The notes under the pieces were generated by a model that searched no databases, was not told the origin of the DNA, and was given only the letters and a program-made list of their open reading frames with translations. A DNA stretch of 64,000 nucleotides from Candidatus Heimdallarchaeota archaeon. GTDB taxonomy: Archaea > Asgardarchaeota > Heimdallarchaeia > Heimdallarchaeales > Heimdallarchaeaceae. Position numbers and translations under genes: made by a program. Below, piece by piece: positions 10,050 to 20,514 of this stretch. Each line of letters opens with the position of its first letter. Position 1 is the first letter of the stretch. The stretch spans positions 160,938 through 224,937 of the forward strand of contig JAEOSZ010000031.1 in assembly GCA_016840095.1 (NCBI GenBank), in the 5' to 3' direction.

Positions 10050-12158
10050 GTGGTGTCAACAATAACTCAAGCGAAGGGGTATACTGGTAAAATCTTATGG
10101 GTCAATTTATCCACTAATGAAATTCAAGAAGAATTTCCAGATGAGGAAATATATAGAAAATATCTGGGGGGATATGGTTTAGGTGTTTATTATATTTACA
10201 ATAGAATTAAACCTGGATGTGATCCTCTAGGTCCAGAAAATATCATAGGATTTTGTCCAGGATTACTAACAGGAACAGCTGCTCCCTTCACAGGTAGATG
10301 GATGGCTTGTGGAAAAAGTCCATTGACAGGAAAAGGAATTACTGCTGATGGCAATTTCTGTAATGGCGGTTGGGGAGACAGTAACTCTGGTGGTTTCTTT
10401 GGACCAGCAATCAAAAGAGCTGGATATGACGCTATATTTGTAACAGGAATGGCAAAAAAACCTGTTTATCTTTATGTAACACAGGATGCCTTTGAGCTCA
10501 GAGATGCATCTGAAATATGGGGTAAGGATGCTTTTGAAACAGAAGACATACTTAAGGAAAAACATGGTAAAACCGCTAATGTTGCATCAATAGGTGTCGC
10601 AGCAGAAAACAAGTCTTTGATTACTGGAATAGTAAATGATTATGGAAGAATAGCTGCACGAAGTGGTCTTGGAGCAGTCATGGGTGCAAAGAAGATTAAA
10701 GCTATCTGTTTAGATGGGAAGACTAGAATCAATGTTGATGATAAAGACACTACTCAAACTCTTTCACAAAATTATCGAAAGAGAATCTCCAAATTATTGA
10801 AAAAGAATCTTATGGGGAAATTTCTCAAACTAGCTCCTAAATTTGGTAGTTTGATGAGAGTTTTTAGGATGAGTTTCGGAAAGAGTGTTCAAATGGTTAT
10901 GAAGTTTCCTGGGATTAAAGCTGAAGCTCTTGTTGCAAATTACTTGCATAGATATGGAACAGCATTCACCCTCCCTATTTCTGTTCCTGTTGGAGATGCT
11001 TCTGTCAAAAACTTCAATGGAACTGGACCTAAAAACTATCCCCAAAGTATAGCATTAAGAAAAGTTGGAAAAGCTCTTGAATCATTAGATACTGTGCCTT
11101 TTGGGTGTTATGGTTGTCCATTAAGATGTGGGAGAAAGATCTCTGTTCCAGAGCTTGGAATAAAGGATTCACATATGCCTGAATATGAAACTCTTGCATC
11201 AATTAGCAGTAACATTCTGAATGGAGATCCTATGCTGATGATCAAGATAAATGAATACTTGAATAGACAAGGTATGGATTCTATTTCAACAGGAGTCACT
11301 CTAGGTTTTGTTCTAGAATGTGTTGAAAGAGGATTTCTAAAGAAAGAGGATTTCAAATCAAGTAAATACCCAGATGGATTTTTGCCTGGTTGGTATGATA
11401 ATGAGTATCTTTTTCCTCTTCTTGAGATGATGGTCAATCGTGAAGGTATTGGGGATCTTATATCTGATGGTACTTGGGCTGCAGCACAGAAAATAAAAGG
11501 TTCAGAAACATTTGCTATGAATATTAATGGACAAGAAGTGCCAATGCATGATCCTAGATATATCAACTGGTTTGGTGCCACATATGTCGCTGATCCTACA
11601 CCTGGAAGACATACTGCAGGAGGAATTGATACTCTGATGATACATCCAATAGCAAGGTTCTCCAGTTCATTTAAGTTTAAAATGAGTAGAAAGATTGACA
11701 GGACAAGTCTAAACCATTCAAATGCAGTTAAGTTCACTCAGAGTATAAATGCGCTTGGACTGTGCTCCTTCTCTTTAGCTTGTGGAAAATATCCTCTTTT
11801 AGAATTAATGAAAAGTGTTTATGGGTGGGATGTTTCTCCAGAAGAATTTCTAGAAATAGGACATAGAATTCAAACACTGCGTCAGATGTTTAATGCCCGT
11901 GAAGGTGCAATAAGACACAAGATTCCAAAGAGACTCATAGGTGATCCACCTCTGAGGAAAGGACCTTTAAGAGGAGTATCCTTACCTATAGAAGAAATGG
12001 TACAAGGCTATTATACACACATTGGATTCGAAACTAATGGGATTCCAAAAAAGGAAACACTGAAGATCTTAGATTTAGAATATTGTATAAACGATTTAGA
12101 GAAAAGTTATGGTCGACCTCAAATAGTCGTTAATAAATATCTTGAAGCAAAAACATAG
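10050..12158 (+). CDS. Tungsten-type aldehyde:ferredoxin oxidoreductase family protein (long form)
   Basis: KSPLTG, GLGAVMGAKK.KA, CxxCxxxC (CYGCPLRC), PEYET, DPR, LGLC. Confidence 0.93.
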   Translation: MVSTITQAKGYTGKILWVNLSTNEIQEEFPDEEIYRKYLGGYGLGVYYIYNRIKPGCDPLGPENIIGFCPGLLTGTAAPFTGRWMACGKSPLTGKGITADGNFCNGGWGDSNSGGFFGPAIKRAGYDAIFVTGMAKKPVYLYVTQDAFELRDASEIWGKDAFETEDILKEKHGKTANVASIGVAAENKSLITGIVNDYGRIAARSGLGAVMGAKKIKAICLDGKTRINVDDKDTTQTLSQNYRKRISKLLKKNLMGKFLKLAPKFGSLMRVFRMSFGKSVQMVMKFPGIKAEALVANYLHRYGTAFTLPISVPVGDASVKNFNGTGPKNYPQSIALRKVGKALESLDTVPFGCYGCPLRCGRKISVPELGIKDSHMPEYETLASISSNILNGDPMLMIKINEYLNRQGMDSISTGVTLGFVLECVERGFLKKEDFKSSKYPDGFLPGWYDNEYLFPLLEMMVNREGIGDLISDGTWAAAQKIKGSETFAMNINGQEVPMHDPRYINWFGATYVADPTPGRHTAGGIDTLMIHPIARFSSSFKFKMSRKIDRTSLNHSNAVKFTQSINALGLCSFSLACGKYPLLELMKSVYGWDVSPEEFLEIGHRIQTLRQMFNAREGAIRHKIPKRLIGDPPLRKGPLRGVSLPIEEMVQGYYTHIGFETNGIPKKETLKILDLEYCINDLEKSYGRPQIVVNKYLEAKT

Positions 12159-12200
12159 AAATCTCTGCACGTTTCTTTTTCTATTTAAAAATAGATAGAT

Positions 12201-12258
12201 TTTTATATTGGTAATATTTCATAATATTCAGAAATCTGAATATTCATAATTCTGAAAT
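12201..12258 (+). promoter_or_regulatory. TATA box and palindromic operator upstream of the ABC/PadR operon
   Basis: TTTTATAT at 12201; perfect inverted repeat AATATTCAGA-AA-TCTGAATATT at 12223-12244; related copies at 12216-12225 and 12249-12258. Confidence 0.7.
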
Positions 12259-12270
12259 AGAGGTTTATGT

Positions 12271-13602
12271 ATGAAGATTGGAAAAGTTACGTGGTTTGCG
12301 TTTAGAAACGCGTTTAGAAGAAAGATTGTTGCAATCCTAGCCATTGTAGGAATTAGTATAGCTATTACTATGCAAGTGACTATCAATGCATTTACAACAG
12401 GAATGGATGAAACTTTCGCAGATATTTTTGGAGAATTGGTTGGAACTTTTCAACTACAAGAAACAGATGCACCTTTTTCATATGCATCTCAATTGCCAGC
12501 AAACATTACAGAAACTATTTTGGGCTTTGAAAATAGCTCAGATATTGTTGCAGTAGCAACTGAACAGAATCTACCTGCTACGGTAAATAACTATACAGAT
12601 ATTCTCGGCACAACGGTATTTGGAACGCCCATGGGAATGAATATACGAGGAATTGAAGACCTTGATGATTTTAGTGAAATATTCTCTGAATTAGAAGAAT
12701 TAACAGAAGGATCAAGATACTTTGAGTATAATCAAGATGAATGTATAATCCCTTATGCTCTTTATGAAAACAATTCTGAGGTATTTGATGTTGGAAAAAC
12801 ATTTTCTTTAATGATTAATTCAACTTACACGTATGATTTAGAAATAGTTGGAGTTACTTCTGCTTTAGTTGGAGGTTTACAGCAATCAGTAATGGCTTTA
12901 GCCTATGATATTTATGTACCTATCAATGTTACAAATAATGTGCTGTATGAGTTGTTACGCAATGATACAATGAATTCCATGATGCATTATGTTCCCTTCG
13001 GACTAGATCCAACACAATTTGGAATAGATAGTCCCAATCTAGTATCAATCCGCACATCTTTTGATAATTCAGTTGATGTGGAGAACTTTATTGAGGATTT
13101 AACAGTATACCTAGAAGTACAATATCCTGAGATTAAATTTTCTTCATTATCTTTAGCATCAGCTTTAGAAACAATGGATGATCTAATGGCTACTCAAGAT
13201 ATAGTGATAACTGTTGTCACAATCATAATCATAATTTCTGGGAGTATGGGAGTAATTATTGCTCAGTTAGTAGGAGTTGAAGGAAGATCGAAAGAATTCG
13301 CCATTCTGAAAGCAACTGGATGGAAAGAAGGACACATCATTTACTCTGTTATAATAGAAAGCGTTACTTTAGGTATTGCTGGATCTCTAGTTGGAGTTCT
13401 GCTTTCTTTTGTATCAATAAAAGGTCTTGAAAGGTTAATGGGATCATCAGATATTGGATCTATGCCATTTTCACCAGTAATAACATTTGGAATATTTATG
13501 ACTGCAATAGGAATTGCAGTAGGAATAGGTATATTGGGAGGTCTTTATCCTGGAATAAGAGCTAGTTCTGTCAAACCTATGGAGGTTTTACAAGGAAGTT
13601 AG
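12271..13602 (+). CDS. FtsX/MacB-type ABC transporter permease
   Basis: N-terminal TM, large extracytoplasmic domain, R.KEFAILKA.GW, three C-terminal TMs, P.EVL end. Confidence 0.92.
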   Translation: MKIGKVTWFAFRNAFRRKIVAILAIVGISIAITMQVTINAFTTGMDETFADIFGELVGTFQLQETDAPFSYASQLPANITETILGFENSSDIVAVATEQNLPATVNNYTDILGTTVFGTPMGMNIRGIEDLDDFSEIFSELEELTEGSRYFEYNQDECIIPYALYENNSEVFDVGKTFSLMINSTYTYDLEIVGVTSALVGGLQQSVMALAYDIYVPINVTNNVLYELLRNDTMNSMMHYVPFGLDPTQFGIDSPNLVSIRTSFDNSVDVENFIEDLTVYLEVQYPEIKFSSLSLASALETMDDLMATQDIVITVVTIIIIISGSMGVIIAQLVGVEGRSKEFAILKATGWKEGHIIYSVIIESVTLGIAGSLVGVLLSFVSIKGLERLMGSSDIGSMPFSPVITFGIFMTAIGIAVGIGILGGLYPGIRASSVKPMEVLQGS

Positions 13603-14379
13603 GTGATTATGATGGTAAACGTTGAAGAAACACAAAAATCACTGCAAATAGCTAGTCAAGAAATAGCAGATTCTACTGACCTCATAATTGAAATAAAAGG
13701 ACTGTGGAGAAAATTCTTTGAAGATACTCCTGCTGAAGTCAAAGCATTACGAGGAGTAGATTTCAAAGTTGAGAAAGGAGAATTCATAACAATCATGGGT
13801 CCTTCTGGTTCTGGTAAAAGTACTCTTTTAACCATTCTTGGATGTATGGCTTCTGCAACTAGCGGGGAGGTGTATATCGATGGTACTGAGATTACTAAAA
13901 TGAGTCAACGTAAGCTAAGTGCTATTAGAAAGAACAAAATCGGATTTGTTTTTCAAGACATATTTCTCATAGACACTATCTCTGCTCTTGATAATGTTCT
14001 GTTACCTCTTTTACCTTATGGAATAAAGAAAGAGGACAAAGAAAGAGCCAAAGAATTAATGAAAATAGCTGGGTTGGGAGATCGTATGCACCATAAACCT
14101 ACCGAACTTTCCGGTGGACAAAAACAACGAGTTGCTATCTGTCGAGCTCTGATAAATGACCCTCCAATTGTCCTTGCTGATGAACCTACAGGTAATCTTG
14201 ACTCTCAAACAGGTGGTGAGGTTCTTGCTCTTCTTAGAAGAATTAACAAAGAGAAAGGAATCACTATTCTAGCAGTTTCACATGATCCTAAACTTGCTGA
14301 ATACTCTTCACGAGATGTTATGATAACTGATGGAGAGATTACCCGAGATAGAATAAATCCATTCAGAAGTGATAACTAG
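13603..14379 (+). CDS. LolD/MacB-type ABC ATPase
   Basis: [26 protein letters not shown]. Confidence 0.95.
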   Translation: MIMMVNVEETQKSLQIASQEIADSTDLIIEIKGLWRKFFEDTPAEVKALRGVDFKVEKGEFITIMGPSGSGKSTLLTILGCMASATSGEVYIDGTEITKMSQRKLSAIRKNKIGFVFQDIFLIDTISALDNVLLPLLPYGIKKEDKERAKELMKIAGLGDRMHHKPTELSGGQKQRVAICRALINDPPIVLADEPTGNLDSQTGGEVLALLRRINKEKGITILAVSHDPKLAEYSSRDVMITDGEITRDRINPFRSDN

Positions 14380-14393
14380 AATGAGGTATAAAA

Positions 14394-15359
14394 GTGACTA
14401 AAGAAACGGAGAGCATTGTAGGTAAGTACGAAGAAAGGTTTGTACGAAGGCTCGGGGAGGTTGCTATCCTATTACACTTAGCTAGGTCACCAGAAGGATC
14501 TCATGCATATGAGATGCGTCAGAAAGCTTCAGAGATTCTCTTTGAGAAGAGAAACACAGGTAAGGTATTCCTACAGAAACATCTTGATTTACTTAATGAA
14601 TTTAAGAAACTCTCATCTCAGACTGATGTAGATTCTGCTATAGTCAAGAAGATGAAGAATGAAGTCTCAGATAGAATTGACGACTATCCAATTTTCAAAT
14701 ATAATCTGCGAATTCAGCATATGCTTACAGAAAAATACAATTTCACTAAAAAAGACATAGAGTATATTGATGACTTAATTGATGCTTTAGATGAAGCAGT
14801 AAAAGATATGAAAGAAACTTCAGTTATCTGGAGCAATATTAGTGGAATTTATCCAACTATTGACTCTTTAGAAAAAAATGGTTTGATTGAATTAGCAAGA
14901 AAAGATTCCAAAGGAGATAGATTGAAGAAAATCTATACCATTACAGAACTTGGGAGAGAATCACTATCTAGAGTACTGATGTCATTAATGGATATATCTT
15001 CATTTATTCTTGATTCTGAGCTAAAACCTGCTTTACATAAACCTGATGGAATCTTATCTCCTAGATTGATTCCTTTTAGAAGGATTTTTCTAAAGATGTC
15101 AGACGATTTATCTCCTGAATTCAAGAAGAAGCTTCATTCTTCTAAAAGTCTACACCAAGGAAGATCTTTTGTTAGTATGATGATGGAGCAGGGGATGGCA
15201 GGTCCAAGATTGAATGTCCTTGTCAATCATCCAGAAATGCTAGAAGAACACTTAGATGCAATCGAAACTATAGAGGATAGAAATATGCTAAAAACATTCA
15301 TTAAGAACAGATTGCTTGAGAGACGAAAGAAGATAGATAAATTATTGGAGAAACTGTAA
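14394..15359 (+). CDS. PadR-family winged-helix regulator with a large insertion
   Basis: ILLHL....HAYEM (helices 1-2), then SGIYP..L...GLI...KKIYTITELG (helix 3 and wing) about 95 aa later. Confidence 0.75.
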   Translation: MTKETESIVGKYEERFVRRLGEVAILLHLARSPEGSHAYEMRQKASEILFEKRNTGKVFLQKHLDLLNEFKKLSSQTDVDSAIVKKMKNEVSDRIDDYPIFKYNLRIQHMLTEKYNFTKKDIEYIDDLIDALDEAVKDMKETSVIWSNISGIYPTIDSLEKNGLIELARKDSKGDRLKKIYTITELGRESLSRVLMSLMDISSFILDSELKPALHKPDGILSPRLIPFRRIFLKMSDDLSPEFKKKLHSSKSLHQGRSFVSMMMEQGMAGPRLNVLVNHPEMLEEHLDAIETIEDRNMLKTFIKNRLLERRKKIDKLLEKL

Positions 15360-17300
15360 ATGGCTACTGTAAAAAAGAAGGAAGCAGTTAGTTCTAACAA
15401 TTTTCATATTGATAAGAACATCGAAATCTTGACAAAATACAAAACATCAAAGCAGTGGTTTTGGTCAGGTTTTACAAGGTTTCCTTTGAGATATCTATTA
15501 GCAACTATCTTCCTTGGTATTAGTACATTTTCAACTACTAAGACTTTAGCTCTTGTTGGAGATGTTCTGGGTATTATTCAAAGAAATCTATCTACTAGGT
15601 TGACTGATTTCCTAAGTTCAAATGTTGAGGGTTTAACTTCAATTTCAGTTGTTAGTAGTGAAGTAACTATGTTTACACCAGATTTTGTTAAAGCTATTAT
15701 TTGGATGATTGTTTATGTGATAATAGCATGGGTTACCCTTAGTGCCAACATAGCTATATGGACTGATACATCGTTCCAAGTACAGAGAGATATGAGACAA
15801 GAATTTTACGAGGTCATACAAGAACATTCTATGGCTTTCTTTGATGTTAATGATTCTGGAGTTATTCTTTCTATGGGAATGAATGAAATAAATCAAGTGA
15901 GAATGGCCTACAGTCCTGCTATAAGAAATCTGTTAGGTTCAGTGATGACCATTGTAATCTCTACTGCTCTCCTTTGGACGTATGACTGGATAATTGGAGT
16001 TGTATTCCTAGCATCCTTCATAATTTATCTGATTGTTGCCTGGTTATATGCTGCAAAGGTTGCACCAATTCGTAGAAAATTAGCAACAGATCTGGGAGAA
16101 CTATCATCTATATCACAAGAGATGTTCAAAGGAGTTGATGTTGTAAGAGCTTTTGATAATCATAGTAAGGAAATTAACAAGTTCAACAAGGTGAGTTTGG
16201 AATATGCTGATGATATGAGAAGAGAAGGATATCTTAGTGCCTTTTACTGGCCAGCAGTAATCTCAATAGTAGTAAGTGCTGGAGCTTTCGCATTTGGAAT
16301 GTATAGTGTAATTGTTGGTCGTTATACCGGTGTTATAGCTATCGGAACACTTCTTTCAATTATGTCTTTATTACTCAATCTAAATAGACAGAATTTTATG
16401 ATTCCACAGAGATTGATAATGCTTCAAGCAGGCTTACAGAATTCTGAAAGACTTTGGAAGTTAATGGATTTTGAGGATCCTTTAGTTCAACCTTCAGAAC
16501 CAATTGAAGGAAAATGGGATAAAGCTGTTGTTTTTGAAGATGTAAATTTTGCCTATCCTGGGACAGAAAAGCTCGTTCTGAAGAACGTAAGCTTCTCTAT
16601 TCCAGCTGGAGCCAGAGTTGCACTGATAGGAGGACCTGGTTCTGGTAAATCAACGATTTTGAAGTTGCTCCTTCGTCTTTATGACCCTAATACTGGGAGT
16701 ATCAATATTGATGGTTCAAATATAAGAAGCATGCATACAAGTTATGTAAGAGAAAATGTTACAATGGTAGAACAAGATATCTTCTTATTTTCAGATACAA
16801 TTAGAGCAAACATAGCTTTTGCAAATCCTAATGCAACAGATGAAGAGATTAGGATTGCCGCTGAACGAGCACAAATTGCCCAATTTATTAGTTCTTTGCC
16901 AGATGGATATGAAACTATAATCGGAGAAAGAGGAGTAACTCTTTCTGGTGGACAGAGACAAAGAATTGCTATTGCAAGAGCTTTACTATCCAATCCAAAT
17001 CTGTTACTTCTAGATGATAGTACAAGTGCTGTTGATATTAAAACTGAGCTAAGATTAAGATACGCTATGGATGAACTAATGAAAGATAGAACTAGTATAG
17101 TTGTTACACAAAGATTGACAACTCTTGTTGCAGCAGATCTGATAATTCTTATGAGAAGAGGAGAAGTAATTGACATAGGTAATCATATAGAGTTAATTCA
17201 AAGGTGTCCTGATTACCAATTCATGTGTCAACATCTTCCAATTGCAAATGGAGATAATATTTGTTCGGATTCAGTTTCTAGTGAAGGAGGGAAAAACTGA
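15360..17300 (+). CDS. Heterodimeric ABC exporter subunit (degenerate Walker B and H-switch)
   Basis: 6-TM domain plus NBD; GGPGSGKS, LSGGQ, LLLDD (E->D), VTQR (H->Q). Confidence 0.93.
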   Translation: MATVKKKEAVSSNNFHIDKNIEILTKYKTSKQWFWSGFTRFPLRYLLATIFLGISTFSTTKTLALVGDVLGIIQRNLSTRLTDFLSSNVEGLTSISVVSSEVTMFTPDFVKAIIWMIVYVIIAWVTLSANIAIWTDTSFQVQRDMRQEFYEVIQEHSMAFFDVNDSGVILSMGMNEINQVRMAYSPAIRNLLGSVMTIVISTALLWTYDWIIGVVFLASFIIYLIVAWLYAAKVAPIRRKLATDLGELSSISQEMFKGVDVVRAFDNHSKEINKFNKVSLEYADDMRREGYLSAFYWPAVISIVVSAGAFAFGMYSVIVGRYTGVIAIGTLLSIMSLLLNLNRQNFMIPQRLIMLQAGLQNSERLWKLMDFEDPLVQPSEPIEGKWDKAVVFEDVNFAYPGTEKLVLKNVSFSIPAGARVALIGGPGSGKSTILKLLLRLYDPNTGSINIDGSNIRSMHTSYVRENVTMVEQDIFLFSDTIRANIAFANPNATDEEIRIAAERAQIAQFISSLPDGYETIIGERGVTLSGGQRQRIAIARALLSNPNLLLLDDSTSAVDIKTELRLRYAMDELMKDRTSIVVTQRLTTLVAADLIILMRRGEVIDIGNHIELIQRCPDYQFMCQHLPIANGDNICSDSVSSEGGKN

Positions 17301-19393
17301 TGAGTCACAGACCACCACGAGGTCCAGGAAGAGCTTTCGCTCAAGATAAATATGATAGATCTAGATCTACAAAAGTGCTCTTAAGTAATTTATGGGTTTA
17401 CATTCGAAGACATATTAAACCTATCATATTGGTTGCATCAGTCTCCATAATATACTCAATTTTAACTGTAGTAAACCCAATAATAATCGGAAGTGGAATA
17501 AATGTTCTGACTGAGACTCCAAATGCTACAAGCATCCTCATTATACTTACAATTTCCTTCTTCCTACTAACATTACTTGGATGGATACTCAGTTCTATTT
17601 CCACTAGAATACAAGCTAAAATGAATGCAAAAATGCTTCATGAAGTAAGAGCTGATCTGTATGAGAAACTCAGTTATTCAGATATGTCTTATCTAAAAAA
17701 TGAACAATCTGGAAACATTACAGCTCGAGTTACAGCTGATACTGGAGAGTTAGCAACTGGATTACAATTATCTACTTCAATTGTATCGCAGTTTTTAGTA
17801 ATTATAGGTGCATTTGTATGGCTTCTAGTTACAAATTGGATAATTGGTTTAATAGCTTTAGCAGCAGTTCCAGTTGCTTTAATAATGGCGAGAATTTTAA
17901 GCTTCTTTGCAAGAAAAATAGTTCTGAGGGTTAGAAGAGCATTTGGTTTTGTTTCTGGAAAGATGGCCGAAGGTTTAGAGGGTATAGCTGTAGCTAAATC
18001 ATTCAATAGAGAAGGAGAGTTGGCAGTTGAATTACGGGAATTGAATCACAAACACTACAAATATTCAAGACAATTTGGATTCTTGATGATGTTTATGCAT
18101 CCAACAATGACTGCTTTAAGTTATGGGTTATTCATAGCAATAATCTATGCAAGTGGTTGGATAAACCAATCTTCTGGAATACAACTTGGAGATATCTATA
18201 CAGCTGTTCAATTATCACAATCTTTCTTATTTCCAATGGTAATGTTATCTATGATGTTTCCTCAACTTGAGTCTGCTTTAGGAGCGATGGACAGAATAAT
18301 AGACATTTTTGAGGCTAAACCTGCTGTTGCAGATAAAGCTGATGCAGAAGATTTACAAATAACTGATGATGCAGTTCATTTTGAAAATATTAGCTTTGCT
18401 TATGTCGATGGTATCTACGTTTTGGAGGACATTTCCTTCACTGCTAATGCAGGAGAAATGATAGCTTGCGTAGGACATACAGGAGCAGGAAAAACGACAC
18501 TGTTTTCATCACTCTTAACTCGATTCTATGATGTTAACGAAGGTTCGATCAAAATAGGTTCTCAGGACATAAGAGATGTTAAACAATCCTCATTAAGGGA
18601 AGCTATTGGATTAGTGACCCAAGAACCATTTCTTTTCAATGGCTCTGTAATGGAGAACATACTCTATGGATCACCAAATGCTACTAGAGAAGATGTATAT
18701 AAGATTAGTAAAAGAATTAATGCTGATGTGTTCATTGAAGCTTTACCACAAGGATATGATACAATTGTAGTGGAAGGTGGAAAGAAATTATCAGCTGGTC
18801 AAAGACAAATTATAACTGTAGCTCGAACAATGCTAGCCGATCCTAGAATACTTGTTCTAGATGAAGCAACAAGTAGATTGGATGCGTATACTGAATCACT
18901 TATTCAAGCTGCACAAAAAGAACTGTTCAAAGGTAGAACTACTTTTGTTATAGCTCACAGACTTTCGACAATTAAGGATGCAGATAGAATAGTTGTATTT
19001 GAAAAAGGAAAACTAATGGAAATTGGTACTCATAGTGATTTGATGAAAATAGATGGTATCTATGCGGATCTTTACAATACTTATTATGTACATCAAGGAC
19101 TTGAAGAAATAGAACTCTCTGTTGATGAATTAGAACCTGAAACACTAGATGAAGATCTTCAGAAACCAATGGCTGTACCTACCGGAATGTCTGCAGCTAT
19201 GCCTGGACATGATAGTTCTCAGAAAGTGAAAGTAGAAACAAAATCTGGTAGCAAGCCTGATAAGAAGCGGATGAAGAAACATCTACAAGAGCTAAAAAAA
19301 GCTGGTAATAAAGAAGAAGTAAAGAAAATGAAAAAGATGATGAAAATGCACAAACGCAATGGTGGAGAAATGGGTGGAATGAGCCATCCATAA
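17300..19393 (+). CDS. Heterodimeric ABC exporter subunit with Met/Lys-rich C-terminal tail
   Basis: GHTGAGKT, LSAGQ, LVLDE, IAHR; start overlaps the stop of the previous gene. Confidence 0.93.
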   Translation: MSHRPPRGPGRAFAQDKYDRSRSTKVLLSNLWVYIRRHIKPIILVASVSIIYSILTVVNPIIIGSGINVLTETPNATSILIILTISFFLLTLLGWILSSISTRIQAKMNAKMLHEVRADLYEKLSYSDMSYLKNEQSGNITARVTADTGELATGLQLSTSIVSQFLVIIGAFVWLLVTNWIIGLIALAAVPVALIMARILSFFARKIVLRVRRAFGFVSGKMAEGLEGIAVAKSFNREGELAVELRELNHKHYKYSRQFGFLMMFMHPTMTALSYGLFIAIIYASGWINQSSGIQLGDIYTAVQLSQSFLFPMVMLSMMFPQLESALGAMDRIIDIFEAKPAVADKADAEDLQITDDAVHFENISFAYVDGIYVLEDISFTANAGEMIACVGHTGAGKTTLFSSLLTRFYDVNEGSIKIGSQDIRDVKQSSLREAIGLVTQEPFLFNGSVMENILYGSPNATREDVYKISKRINADVFIEALPQGYDTIVVEGGKKLSAGQRQIITVARTMLADPRILVLDEATSRLDAYTESLIQAAQKELFKGRTTFVIAHRLSTIKDADRIVVFEKGKLMEIGTHSDLMKIDGIYADLYNTYYVHQGLEEIELSVDELEPETLDEDLQKPMAVPTGMSAAMPGHDSSQKVKVETKSGSKPDKKRMKKHLQELKKAGNKEEVKKMKKMMKMHKRNGGEMGGMSHP

Positions 19394-19394
19394 T

Positions 19395-20414
19395 CTACAT
19401 TTTTTCTTCTCTTATTTTCTGGGTTGCATCAGCCAAACTTAATAAGCTTAAGATTGCAGAATCTTCATTTTTAGCAATTGGTTTTTCGAGACTTCTAAGA
19501 AATTCCGAAAGAGCATAGAATAAATTAAGTCCTTCTGATGAATTTAGAGATAGATTTCTTTTGTTGAGATAAGTCTTCCACATCATTCTTCTGAATTCAT
19601 TAAAATTCTTCCTCCACTCCCAAATACCATATCCCCACTCGAAGAAATTAAACTCCCAAACTGGGTTACCTATCCTTGCTGTTTCCCAATCAAGAATCCC
19701 AGTTATCTCCATATCTTCCTCAGATGCAACAATAATTTGATCTTCATGTATGTCGCTGTGGAGGAAAACTGGGTTCAAATTAACAATTTCTTCTAAACAT
19801 TCTATCCATAAGAAAACAGTATCTTCAGAAAGAAGTTCTTTACCAATAATTGGATCTTGTTTACTCAAGAAATCCTCTAGAATATTGTAGCTGACTAAAA
19901 TTGATTTTTTCATGGTTTTATGGTCTAGAATTTTAATCTCCCACTCATATTTGCTTGGATCAAATATCTCCCTTTCCTTTATTTTCTGAGGAATTTGCTC
20001 AAGAGGTATATCGTGCCATAGAGCAAAGACTTCAGCTAAATTGTTTAATACTTTTGTTACATTAGCTACAGGAATACCTTGCTCAATTTTAGAATAAGCA
20101 ATTCCCTTCAATTTAGAAGCAACAGCAAATTCATAGTAGGAAATTGCTGGATCTTCGACTCTTTTTATGAGATTTGGAGCTGGTATATTGTGTTCTTCGT
20201 TTAAAATTTCGTAAGCTAGCATTTCTATTTCTAACCATTCAACTCCCCTTGGATCTCGAGGGAATAGAAAAACTCTATCTTCAGATTCAAGAACTAGTTT
20301 TCGCCATCCATCAAAATTGGCTTTAACCTCTTCAGGTTTGAGTTTCAGTTTATCGCAAAATCTCTCAAACTGCTCATAGTTAAGGACTCCAAACACTGAG
20401 CTATCTATCTTCAT
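19395..20414 (-). CDS. Aminoglycoside phosphotransferase / choline kinase-like protein
   Basis: HSDIHEDQI Brenner-type motif, ILDWE, G.P..EF. Confidence 0.85.
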   Translation of the reverse strand: MKIDSSVFGVLNYEQFERFCDKLKLKPEEVKANFDGWRKLVLESEDRVFLFPRDPRGVEWLEIEMLAYEILNEEHNIPAPNLIKRVEDPAISYYEFAVASKLKGIAYSKIEQGIPVANVTKVLNNLAEVFALWHDIPLEQIPQKIKEREIFDPSKYEWEIKILDHKTMKKSILVSYNILEDFLSKQDPIIGKELLSEDTVFLWIECLEEIVNLNPVFLHSDIHEDQIIVASEEDMEITGILDWETARIGNPVWEFNFFEWGYGIWEWRKNFNEFRRMMWKTYLNKRNLSLNSSEGLNLFYALSEFLRSLEKPIAKNEDSAILSLLSLADATQKIREEKM

Positions 20415-20514
20415 AGTTTTAACTATTAAATTGCAATTAAAACAGTTTCTCTCAACTGATATGTTTCTGGTTTCTTCGATAGATTTATTATCGTCTCTAA
20501 TACCTATTTGACTA

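Noticed and set aside
11108-11737. 209-aa minus-strand ORF and the other short ORFs nested in long genes (e.g. 7771-8133, 16742-17176, 38283-38684, 58025-58390)
   Set aside because: Antisense or off-frame shadows of well-supported CDSs with no family motifs.
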